From: Bugula neritina
Lineage: Eukaryota; Animalia; Bryozoa
Length of the DNA stretch: 64,000 nucleotides
Reading direction: 5' to 3'
Assembly (NCBI GenBank): GCA_964035545.1
Contig: OZ037773.1
Span: 6,291,751 to 6,355,750 of the forward strand
The translations under genes and the position numbers were made by a program. The notes beneath the pieces are model-generated. The model saw only the letters and a list, made by a program, of their open reading frames with translations. It searched no databases and was not told the DNA's origin. Positions 48,201-58,394 of the stretch are shown here, piece after piece (within the stretch, counting starts at the first letter, position 1; each line of letters opens with the position of its first letter).

Positions 48201-51200
48201 GAATTGTAGTCACCTGCTACTTATAGTATATGCTATAATATTCTAAGGAGTAGTTATGATTTTGATGTTTGATGGCTAAACTTTGTAGATATTGTTTTAT
48301 AGCATATATTATTATGCTTTAAATCCTAATTTTGAACATTAATTTATAATATAATATATGTATAAGTTGTATGGTTCAATAAAATCTATGAATACTATCT
48401 CTAAACATTTTATTTATTATTATGGTCTTTGAATAATTAGAGAAATACTTTACAACTTCTAACCACTGCATAGATAATTGTTTGCTCCTTGTTGCTAAGC
48501 AACCACAGCCTCTAGCGTTGACAAGTTTTTATGACGGAGTTATCTCTCCCATTACAGACATCTCAAGTTGGAACCAGAAGAGAATATGTTGGATTCACAA
48601 TATTTTGGTAAATACTTTTCGTTCAACACAGTTAGAAACCCGTGGACCAGACTTGTCAGTGCTTTCACTCACAAGTTCCTCAACTCGCACGACTACATTT
48701 ATATGGCAGCCGCTGACAAGTGCTTTGACAGACACAAGTGAGAAATTACTCATCATTCTTCTTAATTTCATGTCATTTCTTGCATTGTATTGTATATCAT
48801 GGCTAATGGTATACTAAAACAGAAATTTGGGCAGCTAGCTAAAGTAAGATACTTACTGTAAAATATATTGTAAATTCTACCCAATAACATAGCCATAATT
48901 ATAATACACAATAATATTAATTAATACACAATAGTTGTGATATATTGTCATAGTCATAATAACAATACACAATAATAATAAGCAATGTAGCGTAATTGGT
49001 ATAATAATACACGATATAGTCCCTATGCTCAAGATTATGTAATATCATTAATGGCTTTCCAGAAATTCTATGGTTGAAAAGCAAAAACTTGAAGTTTTTA
49101 ACAAACTTTTTTAATTAACAGTGAATTGTGTTAAGTGGCATCAAATATATATAGCATAGTAACATCACAGTACATTAGTGTAGGTATTGTATATTACAGT
49201 AGATTGGTATATATTATAATAATATATTGCATCATATAGTAATAATATAATTATGACTTCTACATCTGCTTAATTGCAGTGGGCAAGTGAATTAGTTTTA
49301 ATCTCAAGCTCTGAAGAGTACATTGCAATATATTATTTTATATTTTCATTATCTCTTGCATCATCGATAATTCTAGTCATCCCAATGATATAGAACTTGG
49401 CAGCACTGTAGTTAAATAATGTTACTGCTCTCATAATATACATTATAATGTAGACATTGTGCATCTATAGAGACCATGCGATTGGTCACATCTATGGGAA
49501 TCAGAATTGCTATTTCGTAGCAAAAAGTAAACATTTTTAAACAATAATTGTGCACTGGGCTATCATTGTATGACTTGAGTAACAACATGTAAAAATATGG
49601 TCAAATAACTTAACAAATCGTGCTGGAGAAAATGACACCATTTCATATTCTATATTCTTTAAGATTTTTTTTGTTTACTGAAATTTTGGGATTGTTATAG
49701 GTTAGAAAGTGCTGTATTGTATACTAGAAGTCTTAGTTAGATTCGCTTAAAAGATATCATGAGAGAGTAACTCTACATATGTCATACATGAAGTTTAGAC
49801 TATTTCAATTTTTCATATATCATATTTCAACAGTTGATATGTATATATGAGTATGTAACTATATGTGGAAAAATCATTATTTTATAAATTCTCTGCAATA
49901 TAAAGAACTTACCATTCAAAATGTATATATTTATTCGATTTTATAAAATTTAATATAATATGAGTATATAAACATATAAAATAATTGAGTAATGTAATTC
50001 AAATATAGATTTAAATAGTTAAGTTGCACCAGTTCTGACTACGTCACAATACTGCATCAATTCATTGCTGGAACAAGCGTTGGATATGCAGCAGTGACAA
50101 CTTAAGTCTTGAAGTCTTTGCTCTGCCATCAGATCCTCAAAGTCTATCGGGTCTGAAATCCAAAGTCAGAATAGAATTAATAGTTTTAATTATTAAATAA
50201 TGCTAAGCTTCTTATAGTAGGGGTAACGGGGGCACAACGGGCCGAATTTTGCATTTGTTGCTCTCATTTGTCTGCTTTTTAAGTTACTAGTTCAATAATC
50301 TCTAGTCTTAATGCTGCATCTGTTGTCTATTACAGGTACCAGTTTGTTGTTTCTATCTCTCTCACAACTTTCAGAATAATGAAATTTTCATGACAAAAAA
50401 ATTGGCCCATTGTGCCCCGGTACCGGGGTACAATGGGCCACTGGGTGGAACTCGACAAATATATTGAAACTTTGCGTATTTTGTTACATCTGATCTTTAT
50501 TTATTTAATATTACAAACAAATAAAGATACTCTTTAAGATCTACAGCAAAATTCATGCTTTAGCTGTACAGTTTGTGCCACTACGGATAGCAGAGGAAGG
50601 CAAAATCAAACGCACATCACTCGGTTCTATAGTGCCATTATCATTACTGTTTAAAACTAAAAATGTTCTTTTATTTTCACTTCAGAGGAACTTTTATCAC
50701 AAAAAAACTTTAGTTACATGTACTACAAAATTTCGAGTAGACTTTTTCTATAAACTGTAGCTAAGGTGCATGGCTGAGATTTGTGATTGGAGTACGGAAA
50801 GGAGAGGCGGGAGCAAATGAGCAAATCACAATTTATTTTAGTCAAGTACATGAATATTCTCTCAATGGTGTAATATATAATGAATATCATGACTATCTAC
50901 TAGTAGCAACAGCAGAGTGTTTTGTATTATGTATAAAATGGCAAAGCTTTAACCTCATCAGATGTATATATTAAGGGAGCTTCAACTTGTAGTTTTGTAG
51001 TCTTACCATGATCTGATGTCTTTGATATTTTACAAAAAGGTCAGAAATAGCTATATCTATAGATTTCAGTAACATTTCAACCAACTTTTTGGGCAAACAA
51101 ACTAATAACAGTGATCAGGGTGCAATAATCAGCTGGCCCGTTGTGCCCCGGTCAGCACGGCTCATTGTGCCCCGTGTGGCAAAATTGAAAATAAATGTGC

Positions 51201-51520
51201 CTCAAGGAAAATTTATTTTAGAATTTGCTGTTATACTAGTTAAGCAATGTAGAGACAAGCAATGGCAACAATATTAGTAAAATATAGGCTTCTTGCCTTT
51301 GAGTGTAAAAAGTTATAAAGCTTTAACGACATCCTAAAAAATTTACAAAAAGTAGGTAAAAACAGTTTTTTGCTCGCCTTTTCAACACGTATGTTCCGCA
51401 AGTGATGAAACTACAAAGGCTGAATAATTATGTCAATATCTTTTTATGAAAAAAAAATCACAACTCTAAGTTTATAAGTTCTCTCACAATTTGGCCGGCT
51501 CTTTGTACCCCTATGACCGT

Positions 51521-51564
<44 letters not shown>

Positions 51565-54225
51565 TTACCCCTAATATAGGTACAGTAAGAAAAAAATCAT
51601 ATATGGTCTGCTAGTGGTCTGCTAGTGATCTGCTAATGGAGTGCTAATGGTCTGCTAATGGTCTGCTAGTGGTCTGCTAGTGGTCTGCTAGTGGTATGCT
51701 AATGGTCTGCTAGTGGTATGCTAATGGTCTGATAATAATCTGTTGATGATTTCTAACTATCACAGAATATTGTAAATTGTTCAAAATATCAAATAGAATG
51801 TAAAGATACAACAAACCAGTGAGTTTTCTAACCTGCCCAGTGACCATCTCTGATCATCCACTGTAATATATTATATAACATGCATACTGAGGGCCAAGCT
51901 TGTAATATCTTATAGCTTTTCTGTACAGCTCTGCATTAAAAACTGAGTTGGATTAAAGTGGATAATATAACTTATAACTTGAAACTTAAAATAAATGTTT
52001 TCACCGATTGAACACATCCATGACTTTAAGTATCTCCCCCCCTCCCCCCCCCCCCCGTCCCTCAGTTTACAGGAGTGTAAATGTTGGTAGTGATTCATTT
52101 AGGTTAGTTTAACTTTTAAACTCAATGACCTAGTTCTTAAGATGACCTAGTTCCTGAGATGACCTAGTTTTGCTCACCTCTCTGCTCCCCACTGCCAGGA
52201 CATCTGTTTTCTAGTAAATTAAGCACAGGAACAAGACATCTCATAGATTGCAAGAATTCACTTTCTGTACAAGCTCTAGGAACATGCTGGTCCAGTTTGA
52301 CTGGTGGTGTCAGTAAAAGCAGCACCCCAACTGCTGTTAGCATCCACCTGTAGATGTAGTTATCATTTTCAATAGAATTAATAATAGACCTGTTAATAGC
52401 CATCAATATGTTACTACTTTATCTATATTTTACTACATAAGAAATTGTTTATTTTTGCAATACAAATGTTATATGCAACCACTTGCTCAAAATGATTATA
52501 TTGTTCAACATCTACTGTAGATTTGGCTCTGGTTATTCATGTGATTTCCAACTGCAGCAGTTTATATTCTTACATATACAGAAGAACTGATAAGCATTAC
52601 CAATATATAGAATTATTGTTTCTTTGACTGTAACATAGTATAAAATATATTATGTTAAGTTATCTTACCTCACCATGTTACTGTAACTGTGTCTGCAGCC
52701 CCTTCTAAAGCCTCACTTCTGGCTGTATTATATTTATACTCTACTTGGTTCTGCCTCATTACATTGACAAAATCTTGCTAATTGTTTTCAGGTTACACAA
52801 AAACTGTAAAACAATTACGATTTTTATACCAACTTCAATACAATGGTAACTCTTGAAACTTTTTAATTTATACTAGCTAGCACGTTGACATTATGCAACT
52901 GTAAAGCCTAGATGCCAACTACTAATATAATATGATTTATATATCATATAATATATATAAAACAATTATACTTTACATAATAATATGTAGATGCTCTATA
53001 ATATATCACGTAATAGCTAATAAATTGTTTAAATACTATTTGTTGTTCAAATTTTTAAAATAAGCTTTGAAAGAAAAAAAGGTTCTATGTAAAACATTTC
53101 ATAGCTTAATATAGAACTTTTTTGCCCCTTTATCAGGCACTTAGAAAATATTTACACAAACTGCACTACCGTATCGCACTTTTTCATTAGCGAGTGCTTT
53201 GAGTTACTGTCAAAGTGATCACATGCATGCAAGTGAAATATCTTCACGCTAGACAATACTTCTGCAGGAAACTGACGGCCCGACACATAAAATGGACATT
53301 CCAGAGATTTCTAAATGACTGCGTGATTGACTCCTGGGAGAGGAAGGGGGCGGAGAATATGGATGAGCACTGGAGGCCGCAGAGCCTGTTGGGTTCTTTC
53401 TGCACAATGGATTACACATATATAAGTAAGTAGAACAGTACGTTATATATTAGTAAGTATAGAATAGTACGTTATATATCAGCATATGGAATAACTGTAA
53501 GTGCATAGAGTAGCATATACATATAACTGTAAAATACAGATGTCATAAAAGTGTGTGCTGGTTACATCGATGACCTAGTAAACCCGAGTTTATGGGCTTA
53601 AACCCCAGTAAAGGCCATTGGTGATGTTAGGAAAAGCATCCAGTCATAATTGCTCCTGGGCCACATATGAATAAGTCTTTAGCCCATTTTAAATAAAACT
53701 TTTTCATCTGTGGTGGGGAAGTTCTCACAGGGATGTGTGTAAATAGCTTAATGATATAAAGAAAGCATATAATATAATGTGTCACAGTACATTCTGATAT
53801 AGGTCATCATCATTATCGGTTTACTAAATATTATTTAACATTTTTAAATGCTTTAATGTGTATAGCATATATTATAATTTGATAATTTCAATCCAATTTA
53901 TAATTATAACTTATCAAAAATCTTATCATAGTTAGACTGGTTTATTGCCCTTCCTAAGAGCAGTATCATACATCTATTTTTAGATAAGTTTGAGACGGCT
54001 CAGCTAGATCGGACTGCTCTACTTTATAAATTCAGTGTCAGACAAGGCTTTGACCAAATCATGGCAGATTCTTCTGCAAACCGAGAGAAGTTTGAGAAAC
54101 ACAACACCACCGCAAACACGTACTCCAAACTCTGGGGTGAAACGAGCACAGCTACAATAAATAAACTCAAAGTAATTTACGATTTAGATATAAGACTCTT
54201 TGACTATCCAGCAACACCTCTGTGA
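45230..54225 (+). CDS. Golgi carbohydrate sulfotransferase (Sulfotransfer_2; CHST8-14/HNK-1ST-like), ~379 aa
   Basis: Exons 45230-45348 (type II anchor YLVLTLAAFSVIVISL), 46281-46533, 46919-47106 (5'-PSB CRMPKTGS), 48558-48737 (3'-PB VRNPWTRLVSAF), 53268-53425 (TFQRFL...DEHWRPQ), 53984-54225 (KFET...IYDLDIRLFDYP). 1140 nt in frame. Confidence 0.9.
45935..46255. repeat. 19-bp minisatellite (tattactatgagtacaata) x~15 before a sulfotransferase acceptor
   Basis: Tandem units ending ~25 nt before the AG at 46279-46280. Confidence 0.9.
46581..46742. mobile_element. MITE family A copy
   Basis: ttaaattcagccattttgttcctata...cacatacataagctacaaaatgg...gaaatggaaccgtgagatatggagagag. Confidence 0.7.
47332..48107. 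mobile_element. Non-autonomous CACTA/CMC-like DNA transposon (776 bp) inserted into a MITE B copy
   Basis: ~35-bp TIR cac(c/g)ggctttccatgtaccgatctcagatcgatct; 3-bp TSD cat (47329-47331 and 48108-48110); many subterminal agatcgatct palindromic repeats at both ends. Confidence 0.8.
50019..52676 (-). CDS. Insulin-like peptide precursor (8 Cys, molluscan-insulin-like pattern), 103 aa, nested antisense in sulfotransferase intron 4
   Basis: Exons 52676-52669, 52347-52178, 50152-50019, all GT-AG, 312 nt. Translation MVRWMLTAVGVLLLLTPPVKLDQHVPRACTESEFLQSMRCLVPVLNLLENRCPGSGEQRDPIDFEDLMAEQRLQDLSCHCCISNACSSNELMQYCDVVRTGAT*. Signal peptide; B-chain C-x11-C; A-chain CxCC-x4-C-x8-C ending ELxxYC; phase-1 intron in the C-domain. 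Confidence 0.82.
50220..51571. mobile_element. Non-autonomous DNA transposon with TA target duplication (Tc1/mariner/pogo-like), ~1.35 kb, inside the insulin-like gene intron
   Basis: TIR ggggtaacgggggcacaacgg / ccgttgtgcccc(C)n-gttacccc. TA on both sides (50218-50219 and 51572-51573). Internal copies of the ttgtgcccc motif at ~50410, ~51140 and ~51165. Confidence 0.8.
51604..51731. repeat. 11-bp minisatellite (tggtctgctag) x~11
   Basis: Visible tandem units. Confidence 0.9.
53550..53735 (+). mobile_element. tRNA-derived SINE copy
   Basis: aaaggccattggtgatgttaggaaaagcatccagtcataattgctcctg...ttctcacagggatg matches 16180-16393. Confidence 0.75.
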
Positions 54226-55144
54226 TACGCCGTGTGGTGAGCTAATAACAAACCTATGTGTGATATAATGACGAATCTCATCACCAGGAGATGAGGATCT
54301 TTAGAATGACAACAGCTGTCAGAAAGCTGGCTTCAAAAACTGTATTGTTTGAGAAATAGAGGCTAAATAGCCAGAAACTTGGGCTAAAGTTAAACGTAGA
54401 CTATAGCGTACTATGATCAGAATTCAAAACAGTACTGCTAAATATTTATATTACTGCAAAAAGTGGGGGCAGAGTAGCTCTTCAAAGATTAGACAACTTC
54501 TAAGCAGAAAGCTGGAGTCATAAGCATTTAACTTTGGTGTAATATAATATAATATAATTACAGTGAATACTTATCGAGTTTAAAGCATCTTTGTTTATTG
54601 CAGCAAAATTAACATAAACAAGTTACTGTTCTAATTATACTAAACTGCTGACTAATAAAATACAAATTTTAACAAAACAGGACCAACTATATATAAGTTA
54701 TACAGAAATTACATATATATAAAGTATATATATATATATATATATATTATGATATTATTTTACAGTAAAAATGTTGGTATTGCCTGGTGATATTGTGATA
54801 AAATTTCAAGTATTTATTATTCAACTTTTTTTCAAATAATTATAAATTTTTCAATACCTTTTTTTATGTTTAAGACTATAAAAATAGAAAATGATATTTA
54901 CTAAAAATAAATAAGTTATCATTTTTTGTGGAATTAGGGCAATTATTTATAAAATATAGCCAGCATAGGTCTTCAAAGTTAAACTTATGCATGTATCTTC
55001 ATATACAACATAATTTGTGTAACTGGTCTAAAATAAAATAGCTTTAAAGACTCTAAATTTCTCAATGTCATGCTATAAAAACATTAACTTCAATTTTACT
55101 AAAACTATTGTGACAGATCACAGCGTAAAGACTGTGACATTTGT

Positions 55145-57289
55145 TCAATATTGTTCAAACAACTCCAGAAGGTTCTGCTCCACTGGTGGGTAAGTGCATC
55201 CGGTATGATTGACTACGTGAACTTTTAGCCCACTGTCCATCCAGTGGCCCAGCCCTTGTTGTCGGGCTATCTCCATCATCCCCTCCAACTCTCCATCTTC
55301 CACAAATCTTTGCTTGTGATAGAAGTTTATTCCTACAGCAAATGGGAAATTATACACTCTTGATAATGCAAATGCATTCAATAGTCATGCATGTAGAACA
55401 CATTAAATTTTGTACAAGTATGTCCAAGTGTTAATAACATGATAGTTTAATATATTTATCAGTTTAAATCAATATGGCAGCTAATAAATCACATATCAGC
55501 TATTCAGGCAAATTGTATATCTGTTTCCTTGTTTGTCAGCACAGCATATTGGAAAACAAAATATCATCAGTATGAAAAGGCAACTCCCAACTAAAGAGTT
55601 ATAAAGCACTTGCAAGCACCTGTGAAAGCTACTCTGTTGAAATACTCCACACACTGAAACTCAATGACCCAGTTGTACTTGTCAGTCACTTTGTCAACGC
55701 CGAGAGCCACTATGGTGTTCGGCCAGACTATCATAGGCAGCCATGGCCAGTGTGCGTGCATGTGACCTTTTGGATGACCTACAGACAAGAATAATATATT
55801 TATACACCCTCTAACCTTTTACTAGAGATAGAATAATATATTTATAATATGCCCTTTAACTTTTTGCTATAGACAAGAGTAATATATTCATATATACTTT
55901 CGTCATTTACTAAAAGCCGTGTAGTGAATAGACAACTACCAAATGTTGCCAATTACAATCTAATAATATTATGATGAGTCATATAGGTACAGGAGTTGCT
56001 CCCTCTCACCATTTAAATTGAATGTCAGGTTGGCATACTGCTGCGTCTCGGAGCACCACAGTGTGAAGTTATCAAATATGTGATTGCTCTCGGGCCGATA
56101 GTGCTTAACGGACCTCTCACACCCGCAGACAGATATTGGCTGAGTGATGTCATGGTACGCCAACTCATACCTTTAATATATGCAGTCAGCAATGGCAGCA
56201 TGAAAAATATATTGATACAGGATATTGCCATGGTTTGTGGGATGAAAAAATATCAACAGTGCAATCATTGCTTCTCAGCTAGAGATTTTAATCGGTTATT
56301 TAGGTTTTTCTAATATCTAATCATAGTAGACATGGAATATACAAACATCATTAAAAATGGAGCAGCAGTTTTTTTGGCGTGAGTGAGTTATTTGGAGCTT
56401 TAAAAAGTAGCTCCAAATGATGATGAATAAATTCACTTGATAAGTGTAGACACTAATGCCATATTGCAGAACGAAGACTGCTTTCTGTCAGATGCTCACT
56501 GCAGATCACTGCAGATCACTGCAGATTCAATGGAAGTTGCCTGCTCAAAAGTCAAACTGCAGAAACATTACAGCTATAAAACAGCTTTGTTTTGGTTGCA
56601 TCTCTAGTCAATGATGAGGCAAGAGGTAGGTGCAGTAATGGAGAAATTGAGAAAAGCCTGTGTTCTACATGTAGATTAAAAATGTAGCAAAAGAAGTTGT
56701 GTTCTCACAAGAATTTCAACATACACCTCAAACCAAAGTCTAATAATAAACTTAAAGAACTTAGGCGATCTCAATTTCTCTACTACTGCTCCTAAGTGAA
56801 CAGCTGAGCAAGAAAGCCAGTTGCTATATTTCAAGCATAATAATATAAGCTATAGTTTTTCATTATAAACAAATAACATGGAAAGAATTTGAGCTTTATA
56901 AAGGTTTTATGTGTTGAAGGGAAATCGCTAGAAGCAGCACCGAGTCGGTGGTCATTGAGTACAGTAATTTAGCGGCCTGAGGTTTGGGCAACGAGTTCTA
57001 CACAAACTCTGCACTCAATTATCTCGATTCTGTGCTGTTTCTAAAGATTTTCGTCTGAAACCTAAATACCTAACCACAGCTGTCTACTAGTTACTGAAGT
57101 ACGCTAAACCACCTACCATACTCCCTGAAGTTTTCTCACATCAAAGTGCTTCCTAACATAGTCTGTCTGTATGTCTGCAGGTAGAGGGCACCTTGGACCA
57201 TCAACTAAGAACCAATAGGCAATGTTTGACCCAAAGTACGCCAAGACTATCCCAAATACAGCTACTAGAATGTTCTTGCATGCTCCCAT
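55145..57289 (-). CDS. Divergent lipocalin-like protein with N-terminal signal/anchor, ~226 aa
   Basis: Exons 57289-57117, 56170-56010, 55778-55620, 55332-55145 (681 nt in frame). Splicing assembles the lipocalin SCR1 motif HFDVRKLQGVW/YELAYHD. Later segments TDKYNWVIEFQC (SCR2-like), GINFYHK (SCR3-like), helix MMEIARQQGLG and a C-terminal VNHTGC. Confidence 0.75.
56629..56792. mobile_element. MITE family C copy (reverse orientation relative to 28676-28833)
   Basis: ggtgcagtaatggagaaattgagaaaagcct ... aggcgatctcaatttctctactactgctcc, flanked by ta and taa. Confidence 0.75.
56919..57052. mobile_element. MITE family B copy
   Basis: gggaaatcgctagaagcagcac ... gtgctgtttctaaagattttc. Confidence 0.55.
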
Positions 57290-58394
57290 CACTTAAAGAG
57301 CAGTTAATTTATCATTACTACTCAGTTCGACTCCGCCGAGTTCAACGTCCTTGAAGTTTGTCACGTGATGTGATAAAGACAAGTTCAAAACTCGCCTGCT
57401 TATCTAAACACAGCACAGACTGCAGGGTTTATCATTTCACCTTTCTGAATGAAGAATAACAAAGCTCTATGGTTGCATTGTTATACACATGCATTCAGCA
57501 ATGCTTCTTATTTGTAGCCCAAACACAAGGCCTATTTTATGGGCTTATCCTGCCCCTCCCTCCCTGTCAAGGTTGTGTATGGAGTGGTGGCTATCACCAG
57601 TTTCATTTTGTGCATTGAGAGATCTCAAGCTATATGTGAACCTCTTTATTAAAAACTCCTACATATCTATATAATATATATTATAGGCTACTATTAATTT
57701 GAAACAGTGAAATTTCCAAAGACAGACATTACATTATACTTTTATACATATTATAAATTCACCTTGCACATACATACCTCGAAGTGCACATATTATACAT
57801 TGTGTGCGTGTGTATGTGAAAATATAATATTTTATGCATTTATGCTATTGCAATGGTAACTAATCATTATCTAAGGGCAGATAATTTCTTATTTTCACTT
57901 CTTTCTAAAAGTCACGCTAGTCTACTTCTATAGATAAAGATAAAGCAAAAGTAAATAGCGGAGCTGATAAAATAAAATATTTTGAGTGCTCAGAAATTTT
58001 CTAAATAAATGTATACGAAACTCCTACAGCTATTTGTAGATTAAAGTAGTTAGGACTCCGGTTATTAAATGCTCTCTTATATAAAAGCAATAACATTATT
58101 ATTATGAGTTTTACATTCACAACACCATTAAATACTTTAGTGCTTTGTACTCCTCAAAGGCAGCTACTGTAAGCTATACAAATTAAATTATAAAACTATT
58201 ATTAAATAATATTTGCATTGAACTTAATGAATAGGGGTACTGAATGGCTTTAGATTTCAATATCAAAGTATAACCAGCTCACAGGGCCTGCTGCCTGATA
58301 TCAGCATAGAGCACTTGGCAGCGCATGCTTGGTAGCTAAGGTGTTGGGTGACACTGTTGAACGTGTGCTCTCAAGTGAATGTAACACGCAAACA

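Noticed and set aside
51526-51563. Long poly-C run as a G-quadruplex or regulatory element
   Set aside because: It lies inside a TIR whose partner has only five G; most likely homopolymer expansion or sequencing error.
51888-51930. Extra C-peptide exon (ELYRKAIRYYKLGP) for the insulin-like gene
   Set aside because: The available donors give the wrong phase or run into a TGA; direct joining of the B and A exons is in frame.
56025-56231. Signal-peptide-like ORF MAISCINIFFMLPLL overlapping the lipocalin frame, suggesting a frameshift or pseudogene
   Set aside because: This is intronic polypyrimidine/branch sequence; the upstream exon 57289-57117 splices in frame at 56170.
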